Source: a bacterium (GTDB lineage: Bacteria; Zhuqueibacterota; Zhuqueibacteria; Residuimicrobiales; Krinioviventaceae). Taken from it: a stretch of DNA of 64,000 nt. Location: the NCBI GenBank assembly GCA_963693055.1, contig OY843751.1, positions 1,504,001 through 1,568,000 of the forward strand, read 5' to 3'. The position numbers and the translations under genes are program-made. Shown one piece after another: positions 1 through 7,894 of the stretch. Below the pieces are notes generated by a model. It saw only the letters and a list, made by a program, of their open reading frames with translations. It was not told the origin of the DNA and searched no databases. Positions within the stretch are counted from its first letter, which is position 1, and each line of letters begins with the position of its first letter.

Positions 1-123
1 AACTTGAATTAATGATATGTCGGATTGTCTCTCTTTCCAATATTTCAAGGCATTACCTCCGGCATCTACAAATGGATCTCCTGTTGGTATATCAGAAATA
101 GTTGTTTCTTTAAATTCTATCAT
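1..123 (-). CDS. 5' part of type I-B CRISPR large subunit Cas8b1/Cst1-like (runs off window)
   Basis: Manual translation: GGAG RBS, then ATG at 123 giving MIEFKETTISDIPTGDPFVDAGGNALKYW..., open to the window edge. TGxPFVDxG is the N-terminal motif I recognise from Cst1/Cas8b. Overlaps the cas6 3' end. Confidence 0.65.
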   Translation of the reverse strand, partial: MIEFKETTISDIPTGDPFVDAGGNALKYWKERQSDISLIQV

Positions 124-940
124 AATGCTTCTCCATATTTGCGGAAGTCTTACCAATTTCAATACACCCAAAACCCATGCTGGTTTTGTCTCCAATGCCG
201 CAGTGCCAGGCAATGCGTTTGAGCTCGAGAGGACCATCCAGATAGAAGGGACATTCAATGGCTTTTATCTGCGTTGCCTGTGGTGTTCCTTCTTTGATAT
301 GGACCAGACGCGACACACCGCGTTCACCACCGCGTTTTTTAATGTATTCGTTGTCTAAACGAAAACTGAACCCGTTTTCTCCAAGTGGTTTTTGATGAAA
401 GGTTTCGTACTTGCCAAGCAAGGATTTGTGCACAGCATTTTCCAGTCCGGAATCCAGCGGGCGATAATAGTAGGGAATCCTGGTACCGTTGAACTCCGTA
501 ATAGTACTCAGAGTGATGGGGGAGAGGGTGAGAAATCGGTTTTTTGATTCAAGGTCTGGTTCGGGTAGGGCAGTAATATTTACAATTTCAAAACGCGCGT
601 TATTGATCTCGATGTGATTTTTCTTTGTGATTCCCATGATGATGTTTTTCATAAAGTCATCAATAAACAGGCTTGAAATATACAAAGAGCCATGTGAATT
701 GGCTTTCACAAACAGGGCCTTGCCGCGTCTGGAGGTTTTGGGTGTGAATTGAAGTTTAGAAAAGGTGAACATTTTACGTCTTTTGCCATCCATTCCGGTA
801 TATCCATCCTGATGAAGGAATTCACTATATTGTTCTGAGGCTTTTGATAGGATTTTATAGATGGATGCGGAAACGGGGTATTGATAATTAATTGGAATGA
901 CAACATTATTTGAATTGAACAACTCTAGCATTAATCGCAT
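110..940 (-). CDS. cas6: CRISPR-associated endoribonuclease Cas6
   Basis: N-terminal IPINYQYP..SIY, H..G and FTFS motifs; C-terminal glycine-rich loop GIGDKTSMGFG. Confidence 0.93.
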   Translation of the reverse strand: MRLMLELFNSNNVVIPINYQYPVSASIYKILSKASEQYSEFLHQDGYTGMDGKRRKMFTFSKLQFTPKTSRRGKALFVKANSHGSLYISSLFIDDFMKNIIMGITKKNHIEINNARFEIVNITALPEPDLESKNRFLTLSPITLSTITEFNGTRIPYYYRPLDSGLENAVHKSLLGKYETFHQKPLGENGFSFRLDNEYIKKRGGERGVSRLVHIKEGTPQATQIKAIECPFYLDGPLELKRIAWHCGIGDKTSMGFGCIEIGKTSANMEKHYDRI

Positions 941-1347
941 TTTTTTATCCTTTTTATATAAGAATAATACAATAATTGAATTGTCGTTTACAAACAGGCA
1001 GTTGTAGCAAATATGTGTTTAAAATATTATATTCGAATAGCCCCAAACTTCTCTTATTCATTTATGTGTAAAATATTACATAGGCTGAGAACTCTTATTC
1101 ACAAGTATTGTGATAGATGTTTTGCTAATTTTTTTTTGATGTTTTGCATCAAGTCCCACAATTTTCCCTATTATTAATATAATGGTAATTTTAACAAATG
1201 CCACACCTTTTTTCGAACTAAATCCATAGCAAAATTTGAGCTCTCAAAAAATTAAATCCAATAATAACAACTGTATACAAAAAATATCACTTTAAAAAAA
1301 GCATAGGTAAAACCTTAGCTAAAAAAGAGGAAAAACTCTTCTTTTTC

Positions 1348-1701
1348 TTACCTATCTACTGTATATAATGGCAACGGATTCATACCCAGGAACCGTTCAT
1401 CCGGCGTCCACACGAATAAACCGCAGTGCTCAACTCTATCATCACCAAAATCTTCTAAGGGAACACAGTACAATACTTCATTACCTTTAACTTTTTTTGA
1501 AACAGCTACAACAACTGGCAACTCTGTTTCTTTGTCTTTATATTTTTCAACAAGGGATGCGCTGATCAACTGGTATTCTGTTGGTACACCCTCAAAACTC
1601 AGATCGATTCTTCCATAGACATAGACTTTAATCATTTCACCTCCATCGTTCACCGGAACACATCCCCCATAATGCGTTCCGGCATCGTTTGATCCTTCCA
1701 T
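1348..1701 (-). CDS. hypothetical protein
   Basis: 117 aa ORF; a likely true start is the internal MIKVYV after GGAGG; no recognisable family. Confidence 0.5.
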   Translation of the reverse strand: MEGSNDAGTHYGGCVPVNDGGEMIKVYVYGRIDLSFEGVPTEYQLISASLVEKYKDKETELPVVVAVSKKVKGNEVLYCVPLEDFGDDRVEHCGLFVWTPDERFLGMNPLPLYTVDR

Positions 1702-1778
1702 CGTTTATTTAACGGCCCAGGATTCCTCAAACCCATTAAAGCATCCTACCCAGGATGCATTTTGGTTAAAAGATGCAA

Positions 1779-2558
1779 TCACAGCCCGATGACGTCATCG
1801 ATGTTCAATCTCGGCGGTAGTCTGATCCGTACCTTTGTTTCAGAGAAAACCGCATCTGTTGCCTGGCCAAGCTGAGTTTTCAGTTCATGAATCTTTTCCA
1901 CACCAGCAAGATACTGCTGGACCAGATGATCCGACACCCGATGCATCGCAATGACTTTGTTAAACTCGTCATCATCAGCATCTACATCCACAAACCCGTC
2001 AATTTCATCAGCCATTTGCAACTTTACCTGCCGCAGCTCCAGCCGATGCTGTCGAAGCTCTGCTTTCAATTGCTCCACACCCATCGACACATCTTCCATG
2101 TAAGGCGTTGCTTCCACGGACTCCATCGACTGAAAATCCTCACCCAGTCCATCGATATTAACTCCGATGTCACTCAGGTAGGTTGCGGATTCATCATCCA
2201 GAAACAAGTTCATCGTGGAACTGTGTATGTCAGTGAGAGGAGAGTAATCCCTGATCCTGGGTTTGTGCGCAAGCATCGTGTCTCCGAATTTCCGTTCCAG
2301 CGATGTATCGATGGATGCCATCGCATTCGAGGGAGTAAAGCTCTTGATCAGGTATCGTTTACCCATGGGATCCGTCGGATCTTTGAAATTCCGGTTTAGC
2401 TCCTGAGTATAAAAGATCACCGGAGTTTCTTTTTCCGGATCTCTGCACACCCGCAAGCGAGCAACCGTGAAATTCTTTTCATCCTCAACCGCATCGATCT
2501 TGAAATCCTCGATGTCCTGGTCCAGCCGTTCCGGTTTATCAACGATTACATTATCCAT
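1779..2558 (-). CDS. acidic hypothetical protein with C-terminal coiled coil
   Basis: 259 aa ORF, AAGGAG RBS, overlaps the end of the clamp gene. Confidence 0.7.
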   Translation of the reverse strand: MDNVIVDKPERLDQDIEDFKIDAVEDEKNFTVARLRVCRDPEKETPVIFYTQELNRNFKDPTDPMGKRYLIKSFTPSNAMASIDTSLERKFGDTMLAHKPRIRDYSPLTDIHSSTMNLFLDDESATYLSDIGVNIDGLGEDFQSMESVEATPYMEDVSMGVEQLKAELRQHRLELRQVKLQMADEIDGFVDVDADDDEFNKVIAMHRVSDHLVQQYLAGVEKIHELKTQLGQATDAVFSETKVRIRLPPRLNIDDVIGL

Positions 2559-3627
2559 CAGGTACTCCTTCCTTGAGCCGGATTGGCATGATCAGACTGG
2601 TCACATCATCGTGATCATCATCGATGACGATCATCGCGGAATTGGCATCGTTATACTTCCACGTCGCTTTGTCACTATCGATGGAGCCTAATACTTTTTC
2701 CAGCTTGGTGATGTTGAACCCGACACGCATCGGCATCGATTTTTTCGCATCTACCGGCATCGATGACTGCCATTCCGTTCCCAGGTCCACATTTTCCACA
2801 GACATTGTGATCTCTTTGTTCTTGATATCCAGCACCGAGCACATGGTTTTCTTAACCGCAAAATCTTTGGCCGCGTGCGCCAGTCTCAGGAACCGGTCCT
2901 TATCCAATGAGATCATACCGATGTAATCCTCCGGAAACAAGCGCATAAAATTGGGGTACGTCGCTTCCACCTTGCGTGCAATGAGCTCAATGTCATTGTC
3001 TACGATGAAATGATAACACTCGTCAGACATAGATATAGATACTGATTCTTTCACCATCCTCGGCAGCAGCATCAATACCCGCTTGGGAATGATGCCTTCG
3101 AACTTGACAAGCATGTTGCCATCGTTCTCAACATTGGCAACGTATCGTAAGACATGCCCGTCTGTAGCACAAGATGAAAATTTTCCGTTTTGATTCACAT
3201 AAACACCCTGCAAAGCAGGACGCAGATCATCGTCACTACAGTAGGGTACCTGTTGATATAAACAGTTGATAGCATCCTTGGTCCAAACTCCTAACGGATT
3301 TGTTTTACCAAAATCCATAGCGGGATAATCATTAGTGTCTACGACAGGAAACGATACTGATTTGTTATCATAGTCGATGCGTGTTTTACCCGCAATGTCC
3401 GTAACCACATCGATAATTCTCGGCCTGCTTTTTAACACGGTCTTGAGAATGCCGATGGGCAACAGATACTCACGCATATCATCTGTTTTCATTCGCATCG
3501 TCAAGTCCATATCTGTCGCCGTTACATAACCATCCCGAATACAGACATTGCGCAGGATCTCAAGTGAGGTCCGCCTGGGCACGATCTTGTCAGCCATCGG
3601 CACAAACTTTTTAAATACATCTATCAT
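2551..3627 (-). CDS. dnaN: DNA polymerase III beta sliding-clamp homolog (element-encoded)
   Basis: ATDMD, DYP, SDDDLRPALQGV, CATDGHVL, YPNF, GFN and C-terminal LIMPIRL motifs; start placed at ATG 3627 (GGAG RBS, ATGA overlap). Confidence 0.85.
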   Translation of the reverse strand: MIDVFKKFVPMADKIVPRRTSLEILRNVCIRDGYVTATDMDLTMRMKTDDMREYLLPIGILKTVLKSRPRIIDVVTDIAGKTRIDYDNKSVSFPVVDTNDYPAMDFGKTNPLGVWTKDAINCLYQQVPYCSDDDLRPALQGVYVNQNGKFSSCATDGHVLRYVANVENDGNMLVKFEGIIPKRVLMLLPRMVKESVSISMSDECYHFIVDNDIELIARKVEATYPNFMRLFPEDYIGMISLDKDRFLRLAHAAKDFAVKKTMCSVLDIKNKEITMSVENVDLGTEWQSSMPVDAKKSMPMRVGFNITKLEKVLGSIDSDKATWKYNDANSAMIVIDDDHDDVTSLIMPIRLKEGVPDG

Positions 3628-4442
3628 GATTCTCCTCCAAATCTTAACACCGGTACCGAACACGGTGAATTGTAGGGTTTCTTGCTGCAGTAGGACTCGG
3701 TGCAATGCTCCCGTTCATCCAGAATCACAGTCTTGCCTTTATATTTGCAGAAATAATGCAGATGGCCATGACTCTTGAGGTGCTGTTCATACTTTTTAAA
3801 GAATTCTCCGATGTCACCGTTACCGTACTGCTGATACGCACCGGTTAGCTTTTCAATGAGTTCGTCATAGACCTTTCTGGATTCGATGTCCTTGATCCAC
3901 GATGGCAAGTGAGGAGAAGACTCGATATGCTGTTTGATATCACCAGCGGATTGGCCGATGACTGTTTTAACCTTTGCAGTGCTTCTCCCACCGATGTTTT
4001 GATGTGAAAACATCGACAGCTGCGTAGAACCGGGGACCGTGATCTTTAAACTGTTGATAAACTCGTTGATACTGCATACGACGTGATTGAGAACATCGAT
4101 GGAATCATCCAGCGCCATCGTGCCTGTACCCGGTTCAGATACTGACGGGTCATCCCGATGCTCAACATAGGGTTCCTCTTTTAAAACCAACTCGACATCA
4201 TCCAGAGACAGGTCCAGATTCGTAGGGAGCACAAACTGCACTTCACCGATGAGGAACTGTCCGTCCTTGCAGCCCGTCACCACGGGCAAAACATTGTGCC
4301 CGGAGGCGTAACCTTTGGGATAAAGCACCTGCCATTGCCGGGTGATGAGCTTGTCCGGATACTTTTTCTTGACCACGTCGATCCACTTGTTAACCTCATC
4401 TTTGATGTAATCCATGATCTCTTTTTTATAATCCTCGCTCAT
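3624..4442 (-). CDS. hypothetical protein
   Basis: 272 aa ORF coupled to both neighbours; Cys/His-rich C-terminus; contains QLSMF. Confidence 0.7.
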   Translation of the reverse strand: MSEDYKKEIMDYIKDEVNKWIDVVKKKYPDKLITRQWQVLYPKGYASGHNVLPVVTGCKDGQFLIGEVQFVLPTNLDLSLDDVELVLKEEPYVEHRDDPSVSEPGTGTMALDDSIDVLNHVVCSINEFINSLKITVPGSTQLSMFSHQNIGGRSTAKVKTVIGQSAGDIKQHIESSPHLPSWIKDIESRKVYDELIEKLTGAYQQYGNGDIGEFFKKYEQHLKSHGHLHYFCKYKGKTVILDEREHCTESYCSKKPYNSPCSVPVLRFGGES

Positions 4443-4705
4443 ATCACCTCCAGGGCTTTCAGCTGTGATGCTTCGGTATCCTTTTGCTCATATTCATTAA
4501 ACTCGATGATTGCCGCCGCTCCACATACCGCACATTTTAGCTTTGGGGCTTGTTTCTGTCCGACAAGCTTTTCCTCGATGCTCTCAAGGGGAGTGGTATG
4601 CAGAATGGAGATGGTGCCGTCTTCATTGAACCGGAAAGTTGCACGCACCCACATCGGCATCGTGAATTTCTTTTTATTTTCACATTTGCTGCATTGTATC
4701 TTCAA
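4439..4705 (-). CDS. small Zn-ribbon protein
   Basis: CSKCEN...CAVCG; probable TTG start at 4705 after AGGAG, overlapping the upstream stop (ORF track extends to 4801). Confidence 0.65.
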   Translation of the reverse strand: MKIQCSKCENKKKFTMPMWVRATFRFNEDGTISILHTTPLESIEEKLVGQKQAPKLKCAVCGAAAIIEFNEYEQKDTEASQLKALEVI

Positions 4706-5625
4706 TTTTTCTCCTTTCCGCACATCACGCAATCTAAGTTTTCGGGTGTAAGCTTGTGGTCTACGACGTCCTGTGATATTGAGGTTTGACTCATCTGCCA
4801 CAATCCGGATTCACTCGTTTCAAGCTCACATGTGGTTTCCACCTTCATGACAAAATCCTGATGGTTGCCACACATCGGGCACTCGGGGAGCACGATGCCA
4901 GTTGGCAGTTCAAGTTTACGTAAGGAATCTTTCCTGTCAAACATCCCAATGCCCTTCGGACGATACGCCAGCCAGGGTATGTAAATGTAACTGTTCACCA
5001 GCGCGATCTTGTAAATCAATGGATGCACATCGATGCCATACAAATTCAGTGAGTAATTGGATGCGTGTAATAACATGATGCCGGTGCCGCAGCACGGATC
5101 GCAGACACTCAAACGCTTGTGTTGATGCAACGGTTTATCTCCAAAGTTCATTTTAACCATCATTTCAGTGACCGACGAAGGCGTTGGAAAGAACCCGGTA
5201 CCGATGCCGACTCTTTTATCCGCTGCAATGTAGGCAAAGTGGTCCGCGGGCTCGGTATAGAATAGTCCGAGGTTAAATGTCCGGTACCAATAGTCGTCGG
5301 TCTTTGCATCGATGCCGGTAACATCGACATTCTGTCGATAGTTGAATCCCCAAAGGATCCAGTCGATGAATTTTTCCAATACATTGCTATGTGAATGTTC
5401 CGCGTAACCGAGGCAGGCATCAATGTTTTTTCTCACCTGTTTCTGAGAAAAACTCATATGCGGTTCAAAATGGACATAGGGAATAGGCTCCTTCGGCACT
5501 TGGTCCAGAGTAATAGCACTTAACCAATACCCCCATCGACCATAGAACATTTCATCCAGTGCAAAGAGGTACGGCAGGAGCCAACCCGGACGGTCCATCG
5601 TGGACCTGATTTCATCATCACGCAA
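4702..5625 (-). CDS. N6-adenine methyltransferase (HsdM)-like SAM-binding protein with C-terminal Zn ribbon
   Basis: FFPTP, CDPCCGTG (motif I), YGID; no NPPF/DPPY seen; C-terminal CPMCGN...CVMCG; TTG start after GGAGG. Confidence 0.7.
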   Translation of the reverse strand: MRDDEIRSTMDRPGWLLPYLFALDEMFYGRWGYWLSAITLDQVPKEPIPYVHFEPHMSFSQKQVRKNIDACLGYAEHSHSNVLEKFIDWILWGFNYRQNVDVTGIDAKTDDYWYRTFNLGLFYTEPADHFAYIAADKRVGIGTGFFPTPSSVTEMMVKMNFGDKPLHQHKRLSVCDPCCGTGIMLLHASNYSLNLYGIDVHPLIYKIALVNSYIYIPWLAYRPKGIGMFDRKDSLRKLELPTGIVLPECPMCGNHQDFVMKVETTCELETSESGLWQMSQTSISQDVVDHKLTPENLDCVMCGKEKN

Positions 5626-5640
5626 AACATCACCTCCTTG

Positions 5641-5674
5641 AAATAAAAAAGGCCGATGGATAACCATCAGCCTT
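5641..5674 (-). terminator. intrinsic terminator-like hairpin inside the operon
   Basis: Minus strand AAGGCTGATGG-TTAT-CCATCGGCCTT followed by a T run. Confidence 0.55.
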
Positions 5675-5700
5675 AGCATTGAGCGATTCGCAATGCAACC

Positions 5701-6222
5701 TCAATACCCCGCTTCACGTATCAGCTCATCCAGTGTAATGGCATAGTGCTGCCGGACCTGTTCCAGTCCGAAATCATAATGCGGACACAGGTTGAAGCAA
5801 TGATCCTCATCCACTTTTCCCTGATGGTGCTCGATGCACGATGAGCACAGATTACGCAGCTCATCTTCATCGATCCAGTTGCAGCAGTGATCGCATCCGG
5901 GACAGCCCATGTTCCAGCAATTCTCCTGCATCGCTTCAAACACTTCCAGTTCATCGTTACCGCAGTTGGCACAATGAAATATCGGTTTAGTGTCAATGTT
6001 GGAATGATTTATCATGCGATTGACATTGCGCTGCACCGCATCAAGAATCCGCTTTGAGCGCACCGGATCCATCTGAAACGCGATGCCATCATCTGCGTTT
6101 TCGACGATGTACTGCACCCGGATATCCATCTGCCATTGGTTCGTGTTGCCGCAGTAATAGCAATACAAATTATTCGCGATGTCCCGACGATCCAGTTCTT
6201 CGAATAGTTTAACATCTCTCAT
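5701..6222 (-). CDS. cysteine-rich Zn-finger protein
   Basis: CYYCGN...CANCGN plus CPGCDHCC and CSSC clusters. Confidence 0.7.
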   Translation of the reverse strand: MRDVKLFEELDRRDIANNLYCYYCGNTNQWQMDIRVQYIVENADDGIAFQMDPVRSKRILDAVQRNVNRMINHSNIDTKPIFHCANCGNDELEVFEAMQENCWNMGCPGCDHCCNWIDEDELRNLCSSCIEHHQGKVDEDHCFNLCPHYDFGLEQVRQHYAITLDELIREAGY

Positions 6223-6461
6223 TTGTTCGTCTCAATGGATTGAACGATAACCTTGGCAAGACCAGAGATCGCTGCTGCAGCTTCTGCTGTGATCTGGATC
6301 CGGTTCGCCGTGGTCTCTGTTTTCTTTTCATGAATCCGTCTGCGGATATCAGATCCTAACAAAAAAGCATTGGCTGAGAGCAATAACGAATTACTCATCA
6401 GGTTCGTGAATTTCACCAATGCCTGAGGATTGACCTTGATCCGCATTACATAGTCTTTCAT
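6219..6461 (-). CDS. small hypothetical protein with hydrophobic segments
   Basis: 80 aa, ATGA overlaps on both sides. Confidence 0.6.
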   Translation of the reverse strand: MKDYVMRIKVNPQALVKFTNLMSNSLLLSANAFLLGSDIRRRIHEKKTETTANRIQITAEAAAAISGLAKVIVQSIETNK

Positions 6462-6601
6462 GGCAGCCTCATCCAGGGTCTGCCGAATACCACCCGGATG
6501 CTCTCAATCAGGATGATCCCGACACCGATGTATCCGAGGATGTCTCTGGCTTTTCGGATGTCGTCATTGGTAATGATGTATCCGTCTTCTGTTCTTTGCA
6601 T
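6458..6601 (-). CDS. 47 aa membrane peptide (missing from ORF track)
   Basis: GGAGG RBS; MQRTEDGYIITNDDIRKARDILGYIGVGIILIESIRVVFGRPWMRLP; ATGA overlap with the next gene. Confidence 0.55.
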   Translation of the reverse strand: MQRTEDGYIITNDDIRKARDILGYIGVGIILIESIRVVFGRPWMRLP

Positions 6602-6816
6602 ATATCTAATGGTCCTCCATTTTTAATTAATAGAATAACATTCACAGCTGTATCCAGCATCGCCTTTTGGCGCTTGAATTTCAAATAGTCTTTTACCGCT
6701 AAAATAGAAGCGCCGATGAGAAAGCTCCCACCGGCGACGATGAAAAGTGTTGCGACGATGTGTTTGAGTTGCACATCTACGATGACATCGTCACTTTTAG
6801 CAGGCAATTCTGTCAT
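6508..6816 (-). CDS. small membrane protein
   Basis: TM segment IVATLFIVAGGSFLIGASILAV; ATGA overlap with the upstream peptide. Confidence 0.6.
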   Translation of the reverse strand: MTELPAKSDDVIVDVQLKHIVATLFIVAGGSFLIGASILAVKDYLKFKRQKAMLDTAVNVILLIKNGGPLDICKEQKTDTSLPMTTSEKPETSSDTSVSGSS

Positions 6817-6950
6817 GACTCAGCCGTGTGCTTCGATGAACGAAACAGCGAGATGATCTGCACTGTCGTCAGTATTCCATTCAGAACCAGTGTGGTGATC
6901 CCAACAACTTTTTCAATTTTTTCCGGAAACTGATGTTTCACATTAATCAT
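6813..6950 (-). CDS. 45 aa membrane peptide (missing from ORF track), first gene of operon
   Basis: AAGGAGG RBS; MINVKHQFPEKIEKVVGITTLVLNGILTTVQIISLFRSSKHTAES. Confidence 0.55.
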   Translation of the reverse strand: MINVKHQFPEKIEKVVGITTLVLNGILTTVQIISLFRSSKHTAES

Positions 6951-6997
6951 AAAAATTCCTCCTTAATTAAGGTTATCATGCTTCTTATACCATGTTT

Positions 6998-7540
6998 TTA
7001 CAAATACCTGTATAATGTCGCTCTTGAAACTCCAAGCGTTTTTGCGACATCGGAGGCATTGTTGGCCTTATTACTCATGAGCTGCCTAGCTTGTTGTACT
7101 TGTAAATCGTTCAATGCTCTGGGTCTGCCACCGACTCTTCCGCGGGCCCTGGCGGCTTCAAGTCCTGCCATTGTACGTTCACGGATGATATCACGTTCAA
7201 ACTCTGCTAATGCGCCAAAAAGATGAAAGGTGAGTTTACCACCGGATGAGGAGGTGTCGATGTTTTCACGAAGAGATTTGAAAAAGATGCCCCGTTGGGA
7301 GAGATCGTTTACCACGTCAATGAGATGCTTGAGAGAACGTCCCAGTCGGTCCAGTTTCCAGACGACCAGTGTATCACCTGGACGAGCGTATTTAAGTGCC
7401 TGTTCGAGACCATTGCGGTCCGTCTTTGCTCCTGATGCTGTATCCTGGTAGATTTGGTCTACATTGGATGCTCGTAGAGCATCCATTTGAAGGTCGAGCT
7501 TCTGATCATCCGTTGAAACCCGAGCGTATCCTATGTTCAT
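6998..7540 (-). CDS. serine resolvase/invertase (Tn3 resolvase/Hin family)
   Basis: GYARVST catalytic Ser, DRLGRS, GRVGGRP, C-terminal HTH LGVSRATLYRYL. Confidence 0.95.
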   Translation of the reverse strand: MNIGYARVSTDDQKLDLQMDALRASNVDQIYQDTASGAKTDRNGLEQALKYARPGDTLVVWKLDRLGRSLKHLIDVVNDLSQRGIFFKSLRENIDTSSSGGKLTFHLFGALAEFERDIIRERTMAGLEAARARGRVGGRPRALNDLQVQQARQLMSNKANNASDVAKTLGVSRATLYRYL

Positions 7541-7894
7541 AAGAACTCCTTTATTTATTCGGAGTTCTTATACCAAGAGAAAAAATATTTTATTAGAAAT
7601 AGAGGAGATTGTTTATTCGAGTTTACCTAGTATTGCTTAATACAATAATGGTAGTCCATCCACCTTGGTCATAGGATTCACCCTTTTTTAAATACTTTTA
7701 TTTAAATAAAACAACTAAATATACTACATACAATTTTTTATCTAAACTAAATAAATATATAGTGGCGTTAGGGATTACAGTTTAGGTGTGGAAAAAAGTT
7801 TCAATTTTAAGCAAAAAAAAAGAGATAAGGTATGAGTTGTTACTACTAATCAAATTATTTATTTAAAATTGTAATGGTTCAAGGAAAATTTGAG

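Noticed and set aside
941-1347. CRISPR array or leader next to cas6
   Set aside because: AT-rich, but no regularly spaced repeats are visible.
2551-3627. Chromosomal dnaN at oriC
   Set aside because: No dnaA, recF or gyrB nearby; divergent sequence in a mobile-element context.
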